Assembly: GCF_006345805.1 (NCBI RefSeq)
Contig: NC_042999.1
Coordinates: 87,854,001-87,918,000 of the forward strand
Source of the DNA: Octopus sinensis
Lineage: Eukaryota
Reading direction: 5' to 3'
Length of the DNA stretch: 64,000 nt
The position numbers and the translations under genes are program-made. Under the pieces are notes generated by a model that was given only the letters and a program-made list of their open reading frames with translations, searched no databases and was not told the DNA's origin. Below are positions 24,191 through 37,634 of the stretch, piece after piece; positions within the stretch are counted from its first letter, which is position 1; each line of letters begins with the position of its first letter.

Positions 24191-24703
24191 TTCTATATGT
24201 ATGTATAATATATGTACACAGAGATTTCCATGTTAGAGCTATATATATTCAGATATCTTGATTTTCGCGCTCCTGTCATTAAGAGAAAGACAAAATATTC
24301 TCACTAACGGTTTGCTGAAATTATTAACTTGTTTCAAAGTCATAAATCACGTAGATATTATAATATGAAAAATGAGGTTAAAAAATACTTGTACAATTTA
24401 TTTCCAAAATAGAATTATTTTGACAGACATAAAATGAATTAGTTTGTATCCGCTAAGTCTTGGTTCGTGCATAAACATTAAAAAGATAGAGGAAATGAAT
24501 TCAGTAGAGCTCAAATCAGTTTTGAGATGTGTTTGGCCAGTGCAACTTACACTTATTGTAATATAATACTAAAAAAAGAAAAAAATTTTAAATCCACTTA
24601 TTCGTATTTCACTCGACATTTAAGAAAATATTTTCAAGAACTTAAGAATTATATACGGAATGATTTCGCTTTAATTCTGGAAGGAAACGAATTTAAGAAT
24701 CTG

Positions 24704-24805
24704 CTATAGTAGAAGACACTTGCTCAAGGTATCACGCAGTGGAACTGAAGCCGGAACCATGTGGCTGGTAAGCAAGCTACTTACCACACAGCCACTCCTG
24801 CGCCT
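24704..24805 (-). mobile_element. SINE family A 5' head fragment
   Basis: Closely matches 20570-20668. Confidence 0.9.
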
Positions 24806-24807
24806 AC

Positions 24808-24882
<75 letters not shown>

Positions 24883-26710
24883 TATATATATGTATGTATA
24901 TCTGTATATATAAAAGGCAGGATCTGTGTGCGTGTGTGCGTACGTGAACGTAATTTATGCACGTCCACAGATTAGCACGCATACCGCTCCAATTTTAGGA
25001 GAATATTCACCACGATGCTAGCTGTATTTTCGTCAAATTATTTTCCCCGAAGCACCCGCGGGTAGCAGTAAAAATCGATTTTCAACCTTAACTTTTACCA
25101 ATTTTGAAGTTTGCTAGCATGAGTTAAGTCCCTTCTTGCCATAGCGAAGTGAAAATGTGTGTGTGAGGGAGAGAGAAGTTGTGTGTAGATGTATATGCGT
25201 GTGTGTGAGGGGGAGAGAGAGTAGTGACAGCGTTCACCAAAAATAAAAATATAAAATGTTTTTTTTAAACCCTGCGATGTCTTTACAGGGGATCATTCCA
25301 TAAGGTAAAGAGAAATTATTATAGGGATCAAGCCGAGTGGGTATAGAGGCAATTATGTAGATATACAAATTAGACTCATCAAGTATATTAGATATATTAA
25401 ATATATCAAATGCAGAATTTGTATATATGTATTACATACAAAACGAGAGAATGTAAAAGGCGGAAACGTTTAATGATGAATTTTTAAGAATAGACAGTTG
25501 TTTATATTAATACATTCAACACACAAAATACAAACTTTTGTACTCTGTCATTTGCACACTGTGTAAGCTGGACCTATGAATATAAATATCTATATATTTA
25601 TAATTAAAAATTCATCATCTGAAAGTTTCCGCCTTTTGCTTTTTCTCTTTTTGCATGTAATACATATATACATATTTTGTATTTGATGTATTTGGTATAT
25701 TTCATGTGTCTAATTTATTTATCCGCATAATCGCTTTTTTTAATGTGCAACGAAAACTTTTGGTGGGACATATGACACGTGTTGGTAAGGGAATCGTGGG
25801 AGCTTATTCCCTCGCATGTTCTTTCCTGATTATAATAAACTGCGTAGAAAAATTGCCTAATGCTTAATATTTGAATGTTCTTAATAAAAACAAATTGTAG
25901 AACGTTTTTTTCTGAACTGAATATATATATTTGCTTTGACACAAGATTTAGTGTGTTTTCTCATGACTCTCATAATATAGAGAGGGTAATTAATATCTGT
26001 ATTTTATTTCAATACTTAAAGACTATAAAGGAGGGTTAGTGCGTTTGGTCGAGCTTAGGACGAACAGAGTAAACACCTCGCTTTTAGTTAAGTGCCGAAG
26101 TCATGCCGTTTCATTTAAGCGAGTAATACTTTTGTGAGAAGTATTATTCACCCTTCCAAATCTAGGATGTACTATATAATGAAGAAAGAAACAATATTAA
26201 TGAAGCTGTATCTTTCAACTGATAAATTGCTCTGGTAAATTGATGCTAAAAATAAAGATCCGTTAATTGATTAATTATTTCCGTCTCTTTAAGTTTTATA
26301 ACTTCCTAAGCCATAGTTTAATAACGTCTTAGATCAAATATAAAGTAACTGAGAATCTTAAATCATTGCTGCGATTGTATAATCTTCCCAGTGTTTAAAT
26401 GTTTAGATACAGGGATATAAAATACTTATACACGGTAGTGCCAGAATTATTTGAATACAAAATCATTAGTCATGATGTATTATTTAAAATTGTAGATGAT
26501 TATACACTCACACGCATGAATAACAAATTATGTTACAATCTACAACTATATATACAACACATACACTCACACACATGAAAATATACTTGCATATATATAT
26601 GTAAACGGTATTTCAGAATAAAATCGAAACCTAGGACATCATTCTATAATTGAATTACCGTTCAAGTACTTGGCGACTTGTGTCTCAGAAATTCAGAATG
26701 GGATGGACAT

Positions 26711-26719
26711 ATCTATCTG

Positions 26720-26805
<86 letters not shown>

Positions 26806-26806
26806 G

Positions 26807-26878
<72 letters not shown>

Positions 26879-26915
26879 GTCTATCTGTCTGTCTGTCTGT
26901 CTGTCTGTCTCTGTC
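26711..26915. repeat. (ATCT)n grading into (GTCT)n tetranucleotide microsatellite
   Basis: Direct reading. Confidence 0.98.
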
Positions 26916-27413
26916 TCTCGGTATATATACATACATATATGTGCGCGACGCAAGTATATACGTATGTGTGCATTTAACTTCAAACGGCTTTTATTTCCAT
27001 GTGTTGTTTCGTTTACATACTTTTCTATATCGGTCTAAAATTGAATTTACACTATTCAATGGAGTATGTTGCTAAACTATACATGATGAAATATTTTCGT
27101 TATATTTCCGGAACCTTTGTCTCTATTACAATTTATTAAAGCTAACATCTGAGTTTGAATTAATCATTATGTTAATATCGAAGACGCAGCGCAATTTGTA
27201 CAAAGACTTGATTTGGGGTTGTTCATTATATATTCTGATGCTAAATTATGGTAGTATTAGGCTACTCGAAAGCAATTATCTGTATTCTTTTTGCGTTTGC
27301 ACTATTATTTGTGCGCCTGCTATTGATGACGTCACATGTATGCAAAATTATAGATCCATATGTGCCAGAAATATGTATGCATGTCCATGGAATATATATA
27401 TATATATATGTAT

Positions 27414-27734
27414 ATATAAATATATGAATGAATGGAGTTGAACGACGAATTAACAAAATTCCTTTATTTTCGACATATGTTTCGAAGGCTGCATATTTCT
27501 AATTGCGAAGGAATAAGGAGTATATTATGCCGCTTTCTCATCAGGAAAAGCAAGGAACTTATGTCAACATCAAGATGCACAAAAACTTTTAGATGACTGC
27601 TCACACGGAGCCCATAGCGATATTATACTCCTTATTCCTTCGCAATTAGGAATATGCAGCCTTCGAAACATATGTCGAAAATAAAGGAATTTTGTTAATT
27701 CGTCGTTCAACTCCATTCTTTCATATATTTATAT
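27414..27734. mobile_element. Inverted-repeat insertion (~115-bp arms, ~90-bp spacer), second PLE-type terminal-repeat family
   Basis: 27430-27528 is the near-perfect reverse complement of 27620-27718, and pairing extends into the AT-rich flanks. Contains a hammerhead motif. Confidence 0.75.
27467..27549 (-). ncRNA. Type-I hammerhead ribozyme motif with long stem II and GUC cleavage triplet
   Basis: Minus strand UUUUC-CUGAUGA-GAAAGCGGCAUA(loop)UAUGCAGCCUUC-GAAAC-AUAU-GUC-GAAAA. Stem I is UUUUC/GAAAA, stem II is 12 positions with 2 mismatches, and helix III is the ACAUAUGU palindrome. Confidence 0.8.
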
Positions 27735-28089
27735 TTAAAAAAAAACATACAAATTTCCACACGAAAGCACGTAACTTCAAACGTGTCTTCTCTGATGTGA
27801 ATTTGCTACCCAGGTATCGGTTAACCGAATTATCCATAACAAGATAATTCATTCTACTACTGAAATATATGTATATATATATATATATATATAATATATA
27901 TATATACGCATATATATACATAATATATACACACATACATACATATATACATACAATCATACATACATACATACATACATACATACATACATACATACAT
28001 ACATACATACATACATAAGACCTTCGACTTGCTAATGTTCTACAGAACATAGACTAAGCCGTAGCTGACCTGACTTCCTCTTGGGACAC

Positions 28090-29560
28090 CATCTTGAATG
28101 ATTGTATTATTACTGATAAAATATAGCATCGCAGAAGTATATTCCAAGGGAACAGTCTCTCTCTAATACTATTCATACTTTCAGTAAAGCCCCTGTCGTT
28201 CATGTTAGTGAAGACTCAACGATGTATTACTGGTTCACAATGAAACAGAAATATCAAAATTACATACTGTTTCTTTGTGGATGACTTTAAACTATATGTC
28301 AAGAGTATCCATGAGATGGAAAAGAGGCTTAACTTGGCTACATTTTCAAATGATACAGGGCTGAAGTTTGGTCAGTATAAATGTTACTATATGGTTGCGG
28401 AAAGAGGGAAAACTGTAAAGTAGACTAGCAGTACTTCCATCAATGACTTAAGTGTTTCTCTTATAGGTGATGAAGAATGATACAGGTACCAAGGGGTAGT
28501 TGAAAGTATATCTTACAATAGTACTTCACTAAAGAATATTACATCCGGATAAGGAAAATACGGACCTCGGAACTCTCTGCATTCAATAAAACAATGATGC
28601 ACAATATGTTTGCAGTACCTGTACTCATACCAACCTTTGGGCAACTTGATTGGACGCTTGATGAGACCCAAGTCAATGATATGAAAACCTAGAAGATACT
28701 GACCAGCATGTGATTTTCACATCAGCAGCGACGTAGTTCGTATCTACCTAAAATGAAAACAAGGAAGCAGAGGCTTAATATTGATCCAGGCTGGATTTGA
28801 ATGTAACATCTTGGCAACATCTTTTAATCACCAAGTATCCCTTCACCAAATTTGGATACATACGACAGATGACATCATGAGACTGGGAAAGCAGCTTCTC
28901 GTGTAATATTCCTTGTTTAATAAACTTGAATACATGCCCAGAGGAGTCAGATGACTCTACAGTAACGTATCATCAAATGATAAAATAAGCGTATATCAGC
29001 ATAAGAGCGTGCACGGATATGTTGGCAGAAAACTCCGGGATGATAGTAACATTGATAATCAAAGGAGTCTATCATGGAACAGCAACTGGGTTACTACTTA
29101 CTTTGAAAGGTATGCGTTTGCAATCCACGAATAGGAAATATCAGCTAAATACCTGATGCACAAAAAGGACAGAAACGCAGGAAAAGCAGCAAAATGTGAT
29201 AAGCGATGCAGACTCGGAGGAGATATTACCCACATCATAAAGAGTTGTTCAAACGTGTTATCGTGGTATTATCTGCCGATGCGAAGCGGCCTTGTAGCCA
29301 AGACACTGTATAATAAGAAACATCCGTCGGAAGGATAATACTAAGGCCGGATATAATAACCCACTGCATGGTAGAGGCCATATCCACTCGTAATATGAAA
29401 GAGTACTGGTGGACTGTCCCAGTGAAAACCTCAATGAAAACTAAATATAATAGACCAAGTATAGTGATTTGGGACAAAGAAGAAAAACTGTGTACCATAG
29501 TGAAAATCAGCTGCTCAGCAGATTTTATCATAAAGCTAAAGTTCAGGTTTATAACTGTAA
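28090..29560 (+). mobile_element. Dong/R4-clade non-LTR retrotransposon, 5'-truncated and degenerate, ending at (AAT)n
   Basis: FFVDDFKLY (RT YxDD) at 28271-28297, CRLGGDITHIIKSC (degenerate CCHC), YNRPSIVIWDK (RLE-type PD motif, mutated). (AAT)n follows at 29587-29652. Confidence 0.8.
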
Positions 29561-29585
29561 TATTTATGGGGGGGGGCTGGGTTAT

Positions 29586-29654
<69 letters not shown>

Positions 29655-30022
29655 TATATATTTATATATATATATATCGAGAGAGAGGTGTGTGTGTCTA
29701 TGTGTGTGTGCGCGCGTGTGCGTGTGAATCTATATCATAATGGAGAAAACTGCTTATTAATTGTGTAACAGTTACTAAAAGAATGCAATTAATTAAGGCT
29801 TGACCGTCTAGAAATTTTTTGATAAATTCATGTACCAAGAAATTTCCTGTAATTTCGATTTCTGAATTTTATTGAATATTTGAACTACAAGTTTTTCACA
29901 AATTTGAATATTCGTTGCATTCACTGCGGAGTAAATTTTAATGTTTAATAAACAATATTAATTCTTTGCAGGCGAAATTTTCCGTTTTCATTTGCAATAG
30001 TCTTTCATTACCTCCCGCACAC

Positions 30023-30310
30023 TTCGTTAATTTCCGTCAAATCTTTTTTATTTACTTTTTGTACGCCGTGTTCAGCTCTATGTATTTGTAGTTTGTCACA
30101 CACGCACATATGTTTTTGTATATACGCTTGTATACACGTATGTATGTGTATGTGTTTCTGTGTGCGTGTGTGTGAAAGAGAGAGAGTGAAGTGTAAGTGG
30201 TACTCACTCTCACTCTCTAGCTCTCTCTCTCACACACACATACGTCCATTTCATATACTCGTGCGAAAATAAAAAGTAAATAAATAAAAAAAATTACGGA
30301 AATTAACGAA
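30023..30310. mobile_element. MITE-like element with 15-bp perfect terminal inverted repeat and internal microsatellites
   Basis: TTCGTTAATTTCCGT (30023-30037) versus ACGGAAATTAACGAA (30296-30310), with imperfect inward extension. Confidence 0.45.
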
Positions 30311-30440
30311 CAAAACCAATTGTTTATTTTGACATTTCTGAGGGTTCAACCAAAAGAATGCCGGTAGTTTTTAAAGAGCTTTTATTTATATGATATCTTA
30401 AATTCATGTTTATTTCATTCATTGTTTGCAATGTTCCCTC

Positions 30441-30444
30441 ACAC

Positions 30445-30538
<94 letters not shown>

Positions 30539-30550
30539 ACTAACACACAC
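30441..30550. repeat. (CA)n microsatellite
   Basis: Direct reading. Confidence 0.98.
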
Positions 30551-31119
30551 TGTAATATAAACACACAAACTCCAGGTTTGACTGGCAGAAAATCGCCCGG
30601 ATGTCTCAGGGAAGTTGACTACGTACAATGTCCTGGAGGTCTAAATCAGGAAAATTTAGAATATAAAGATACTCATGATTATTGTAGCGGTAACAACTAT
30701 TAAGAAGGGAAGAGAAAATTTCACTATCCCTATCTGATCCATGAGATCAAATTACTAAGAACAGCATCTTTCCTCTAGCGAAGTAACATCTTCCCTCTAG
30801 CACTTCAGGCACATAGTTTGGACCCGGTTCTACAGAATATAGAGCAGGAACTACAAAAAGAACAACTGCTGCAACAACAATAACAATGTTTCTAAATTTC
30901 CAACAAGATCAGTAGTTTTGAGGTGAGTTTTAGCTGATACCATTCAATGTAAGTTGATTTTGGTGTGATTTGAAACAAACACGTAAAGACCTGGAAGAAA
31001 GCCTGCATTACGTTTTGTCCCACAGAAAAATTGAATTAATTATGGGAAGTAGGCTCAATGGAAAATAAAAAGTCAGGGAAATATACACGGGCTATTTCCG
31101 TAATGTGATATGGCGCACG

Positions 31120-31226
31120 TGCTGTTTGGTGGACAAAGAACGAGCTTGAGGAAATGGAGAAGAAAACCAGAAACGTGATGACAATTAACATGGAACTGCA
31201 CCCCAAAAGCTATATTGACAGTTTAG
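31120..31226 (+). mobile_element. Dong/R4-clade RT thumb fragment
   Basis: WTKNELEEMEKKTRNVMTINMELHPKSYIDSL is comparable to MHHPKADMDRLY in the full-length copy. Confidence 0.65.
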
Positions 31227-31325
31227 GCTTCATATGTTGCAAGATTTGTGTCGTCAACGAGAAGAACAGTCTTGGAGTTAAGAGCGCAGGGTACTAACCC
31301 CAAAATTCCGAGTTCCAGGCAATGA

Positions 31326-31454
31326 CCTGAATAATAATAATGATGATGATGATAATAATAATATAATAATGATAATAATAATAATAATAATAAAATAATA
31401 ATAATAATAATAATAATGATAATAATAATGATAATAATAATAATAATAATAATA

Positions 31455-31495
<41 letters not shown>

Positions 31496-31698
31496 TAACA
31501 ACAACAACAACAACAACAACAACATCGAAAAATACCTTAGGAATGAGAACCCAGGATCCCAACTTCCCCAAGACACCTGATGAAGGCTGGAGGGTATATC
31601 AGCCGATACGTTGTGTCAACAACAAACAAGATGAGGATAAATATCCGTCAAACGTGAATAATATACATAATACCTCATCTCTTAGATATAGAACTGTA
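31326..31698 (+). mobile_element. Single (non-inverted) copy of the PLE terminal-repeat unit seen at 9689-10117
   Basis: Same CCTGA(AAT)n start, body ACATCGAAAAATACCTTAGGAATGAGAAC..., and end TAGAACTGTA. Confidence 0.85.
31572..31617 (+). ncRNA. Hammerhead motif with core mutation GAAA to GAUA (predicted inactive)
   Basis: GACAC-CTGATGA-A-GGCTG(gagggtatat)CAGCC-GATAC-GTT-GTGTC. Confidence 0.6.
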
Positions 31699-33049
31699 TG
31701 CTATATTTCTAAAGGAGATTTTACCTGTATTAAGTCAAGGTTTATAATTAGAAAATTTCCGAGAGTACTGCCTTAATTTTTACAAAATAATATATTGATA
31801 TAACTTATAATTAGCCGTGATTGAATTCCAAATTTCTTTTTCTAAATTTTGTTTAAGGTGTCTAGTTGTATTTAGAATATAATTGATTTTCCCCTCGAGA
31901 TTTGGAAATCAAAATGTATTCAACTACTTTTCAATCTACTGATAAATCAATACAACCATACAACTATCCATTTAATTAACATTATTCATTGTCATCAATT
32001 TCTCAGCGCCTATATAAGAAATAATTTACCAGTATCTTTTGATATATCAACATGTGGTATAATTTTTTTTTTATATTTAACCAAAGGTTAGTGTGATAAA
32101 CCAATTCATTTTACTTGCGTCATTAATGTCTGCAGAGAAGCCAAGGGCAGTATACGATTTCATTCTTTGTTTCTTCTACATAACTTTACAAAAGAAATAA
32201 CAAAAATATGGTTTTCTCATACATATTTATCTATTATAATTAAATTACGTTTTAACTAGTGCATGCAAAATAGTAATTAAACGCATTCCATTAAATTCTT
32301 TGTGTTTTATTATACAGCAAAATTTGCTTCTATTTCTACTACATATACTATCATCTCTATTTATGCTACTGTTACTGCTACCATTTCTAACAATTTCACT
32401 GTTTCTTCTGCCGCATTACTATTTCACTTTGAACAGTGAGCTACCACCCAACAAAGCTCCCACTATAAATAGAAAAGCAAATAACACGGGTTCATGTAGT
32501 GAGAATTATTGATTTGTTTTCTTATAAAAAGAAGCCATAATTATTTGTTTGAAACCTAATTCAATAAATTCTTTTTAAAAGAATTTGAATCAAAACTATA
32601 ACAAAGGTAAGGTCACTTAATGAGTAATCGTTCTATACACAAGGTTGGAGGAAAACTTACAAGTGATGTCCATGTTTAATTTATTACTAAATTATTCACG
32701 TATGCCACGTTGAATATCCTCTTTGTCAACCGAAAAATATAATTACATCATAAACATCATAAACATAACTTTCTTTGGCTTCTCAATGCAAAACAGAACT
32801 TGAAGGTGGGAATTAGACACGTGAGGTTAAAGAAAAGTGCCAAGTGATATGCAGTTATAAAGGGACCAATTCCAATGTATGTTTTATGAAATACTGAATA
32901 TAAAGTAATGGGGTTATTATATTAGGATGTAAAGAAAGTCCTGTTACATTTATGACATGATCAGTTTGATGTCACGTTTTCAATATCAATGTTTTCATTA
33001 TTAATTTTTCCCTTCTAATTTTTGTTCTTTTCCAGATTACTTTATACCA

Positions 33050-34015
33050 TAGTGGTTAAATCGTATCGATTTTACCGTTTTAAACGTAGTTTAGATCATA
33101 CCTATAACCTACACTCTATGCTGTGTGAATTCAAAAGGAGCCCTTCAGCAATGGAATCAGCACGAAATATTCATTCTGCCAATAGAAAATAATCTTTAGG
33201 TTTCTGAACATGCCAACGATAGTTTAACCAGTTTAACTCGGGAAATTTTCTCTCTCAAAGGCCCCTGATCTGGTCGACCAAGCACTGTCAGTACTGAGTT
33301 TCTGAAAATCGTAGTAGAAGAAAATACAAGGGAAAGAAAACACGAGAATTATAAAACAGCAAAATTAGTAAGGCTTCAGACAGCTTCACACGCTAGGAAA
33401 AGTGCCTTAACTTGATTAATGATTCCCTTATTATCTTACTCCTCAGCTTAATCAAAGAGATTTCCTCTCTCTGTCATTGAAAATTGCTACTGAGTAGCAT
33501 CATTACAAGTGATTGAAAAATTTTCCATAATTGTGTACAACGAAAGCAATTTAGCTTATACCTAATAAAAAAAGGAGAATCCATCTCTAAACCAGGACCT
33601 CACTCAAAACAAATTATATCGTGTGTTTGGTGGGATTGTACTGTATCAAGCGAAAGCAAAACTGTTGATGCGTGTAAGTGTTCTCCTTGATCAGAAGCTG
33701 TACGCAGAAATTTGCAGTAAAAGCAAGCGTCATTGGTCAGTAATAATAGCGCTGCTCTTGCACAAGAATACAAGGTTGCCTGTTGTTCACGTCATTCAAG
33801 AAAAGGTTATGGCTCTAAATATTGAGCTGGTGTCCCATATTCCTAACCTTACACAATCTGATAATCATCTTTTCAAATAAAAGTAAAACAGTTTATTATT
33901 GTGAAAAGATTACAAATGGTACTGAATGCTTCTTTGCTTCGAACCCTGAATAATTTTACGGCTAAGGGATCAACAGTTCACCAGATAGATGGGTTCTGTT
34001 ATCAATTATGTAGCA
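33050..34015 (+). mobile_element. Old mariner relic, most of transposase length
   Basis: MLCEFKRSPSAMESARNIHS, TCQR*FNQFNSGNF, SGRP, CVWWD (33621-33638), QSDNHLF and KGINSSPDRW. Confidence 0.75.
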
Positions 34016-34702
34016 AATCTTTCTTTCTTGTCTAATGGGATTCCGTAAGCAGCAGCACAGTAATAACTTAATATATGAATTTAGTCAGATGAGAAAATTT
34101 TAATGAAGTTATGCCTTAAACAGATAGATAAACAGATATAATAAATATCATTAAAAGAAGAGAAACAAACGAATGAAATAAGCTAAAAGACGCTTACATT
34201 TTATTGTAGTATTATTGGAAAGATTATGTCCGCTGGATCGACTAGTGTATAAAGTAATCATAATTTTATCCTTCCCAGAGGTTTGAGAGCAATAATATAT
34301 CGGAGAATATATATAATATACATCGTTTTATTCAAATATTATTTAATAAAATAAGTAGGAATAGCATCTAATTGATAATTAATAGCATATTGTTGATAAA
34401 AAAAAATAGCGATGCTACTATCTGCGTCAGGGTATTTTAACTTTCAATTTAAACTAACTGAAATGAATACTTTGTATGGTCGCCTGACCAGCTAGAAATA
34501 CGAGCCAGAGCTCCCTTTAAATGACACCTGCCATCTTCCTGAAGGGTAGTCAGTCGCCAGAAGGTGGCAAGCAAATGGTCAAAAGGGAACAAAGAAAAAG
34601 AACTGACTTAAAGCAATTATCTATTTTGTTAGGAATGACAAGATAAGGAAGCAATAGTTTAAAGAGAAACCATAAAACGATCAAAACAAAATTTGAGTAA
34701 AT

Positions 34703-34717
34703 ATACTACTACTATTT

Positions 34718-34766
<49 letters not shown>

Positions 34767-34801
34767 CATCACCACCACCACCACCACCACCACCACCACC
34801 T

Positions 34802-34862
<61 letters not shown>
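34703..34862. repeat. Compound (ACT)n-(ACC)n-(ACT)n trinucleotide repeat
   Basis: Direct reading. Confidence 0.97.
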
Positions 34863-34914
34863 AAGAGTTGAAATGACAAAAATTAAGAGAAATATATTTT
34901 CTGTCGATTAATAA

Positions 34915-35870
34915 TCTCACCTCAGGAGAAAGAAGAGAGAAAATGTACGGTAGAATATTGACCATGTAACAGTGATGAAGGCCCAATGTCTCGACAATGA
35001 GTGATAGGTTGAAGTTTAGCTGCCGAAGGACCAAAATTGTTAAAAACTCGCATTTGAGTCCCATCAAGTAAAGAAGGAACATCAACAAGTGTTCCAGCCT
35101 TTATCTACCAACAGTATTCGATATAAAGGTGAATGAATGACTAACAGAAATGAAGAATGACTAACAGAAATTAAGAAAAGGTCATATCTGACTGAGGTAT
35201 AGGTCTAATATAATAATTCCGAACAAGATCATTTGAAAATACACTTAAAAGGGTAAAAGACTCATGAACTATATCCACCATAGAAAGAAGGTGTCATCAG
35301 AGTTTTTGTAATCATTAATGGAAAGAAGTGTAATTAATGCAGTTTAAAGTAGCTTAATATGTCGAATAATCATCGGACATAGGTTAGGAGAGCCAACTTT
35401 CTTCACATAATAGAACAAATCATTCAAACAAAAATACAAAGAAATATCATTAGTAAATATGATGAGGTTAGACATGATACCACCCGAAAGTTCATTAATA
35501 AATAAAAACTAAATGAGAGAAATAACAGGTGAAGCGAAGTAAAAGAATACTAGTCATTTAAAAATGTTAATGCAATGTTCGAGAGAAAAAAACAAAAACA
35601 AACGAAAAACTACTGAAGATCCTTCCAGAAATTCCAACAGTTAATTTAATAACAGTCACAAGATTTGGCGTAGAAGGTGATGTACACAAACCATATTGTT
35701 TATTAGAACATGGAGCGAGTGAGGAAGGTGCAAAATAAGAATTTGACTGTTCAAAGAAGTACAAATATTGCTAACTATAGGAAAGAAGTTGACTGGGCGA
35801 TATTTACGAGGTCTAGAACGTTTAAAAGCGTTTTGTAAGCAAGAATAATAAAGGACCATTACTACAGAGA
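34915..35870 (-). mobile_element. Degenerate CR1/L2-group LINE RT and 3' region
   Basis: Minus strand RKYRPVNFFPIVSNI (NYRPISLLPxxSK) and LLDGTQMRVFNNFG..LQPITHCRDIG (LDRxQxRA..LQPLSHRRxVA). Confidence 0.55.
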
Positions 35871-36519
35871 ATAGGCATTCTAGAGTATGGTATGTCAGAA
35901 TATGTGTTTATCATCAATGGAACCGCTATGATTCTAGGTCTGCTCGATTATAGCAGAACTGGAAAAAACGAACAAAAATAATTAGAACAAACTGAAAATG
36001 AAAAATATTTAATTGCAAGTAACCATTCCACAGGTGATTTCAACACCGCAAACTATTGTAAAGCATCATGTGTAGAAAAGCGATCTAAACTATAAAGCAA
36101 TATTAAGCTTCCCTTTGAATTAATATAATATAACATAATGTTAATATCGAAGGTGCACTTCATGGCAGAACAATTTTGAATAATCTACAAATATGGGTGT
36201 GAAATTTGCGTTATTAAAGTAAATACAGAATAACAATACAATGGTATACAATTGCATTAACCCGATTGCAAAACTGTGCATCAGTTACAACTCACGATAA
36301 ACTCTCATCTGAGAAGGTCCATAAGACCAACATATGGTCGTAATTGTCACTGTACTCTTAAGTTCATTGTAGTTTTCACTTAAGTTTATTGCCCTCCACT
36401 GCCTTTCTTGAACAAAATTATTTATTAAGTTAATCATCTTTTTCTCGCTGCCACAGGGAAAATTTTAATTAATAATTATTTCTTGGCTCATATGTTAAGT
36501 ATATTAGTATTTCCCTTGT

Positions 36520-36829
36520 CCTTTGATTTTCATGCATCCGCCCTATTCGCCGGATTTAGCACCTGTTGACTTCCATCTCTTCCCAAAGATGAAAATGTAG
36601 ATCAAATGTCACAATTTTAACACCGTTGTCGAAGTCCAGAACGAATCGTAGATGGTCCTCGACTAACTTACAGATCCAAACTGGATTCCAAAAGTGGTAG
36701 AAATGCTGGAACCGGTGCATTGCTGCACAAGGTGACTTTTTCAAAGGAAATGAAGTTAAAGCTTAGGTAAATAAATAATTTTTTATTAAACATAACTAGT
36801 GCTGCATCATTTTGATACCTCCTCGTGTA
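36520..36829 (+). mobile_element. Mariner 3' end with right-TIR-like terminus
   Basis: MHPPYSPDLAPVDFHLFPKMK from 36532, FQKW*KCWNRCIAAQGDFF, and terminus TTTGATACCTCCTCGTGTA. Confidence 0.88.
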
Positions 36830-36837
36830 TGTATGTA

Positions 36838-36905
<68 letters not shown>

Positions 36906-37202
36906 TGTATATTATATAAAAGTTAGTAGTACTATTTTATTCCCAGGAAATTCATCACAGAATCGCATGCTTACGAACCAATATGTCACACACTTTTTTC
37001 TCCCTCAGTTTCATAGGTGCAGAAGAAAGAAGAAGAAAGAAGACATGCACCCAACACCAGAGCTGAAGACACCTCTGAAAGGGGGGCCCCGCCACAGCAA
37101 AACGGTAGAGGAGTAGGGGCCGAAACCGGACGTGGTTCCTCCTGATGTCTTGAGCTAACTGGATCCTATAAAGGAGCAGTTGTAGTAGCAGACCACGAAA
37201 CA

Positions 37203-37634
<432 letters not shown>

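Noticed and set aside
25020-25360. CpG-containing segment with internal TG/GA repeats, possibly a Helentron-type non-autonomous element
   Set aside because: No second copy, subterminal IR or boundary could be established within the window.
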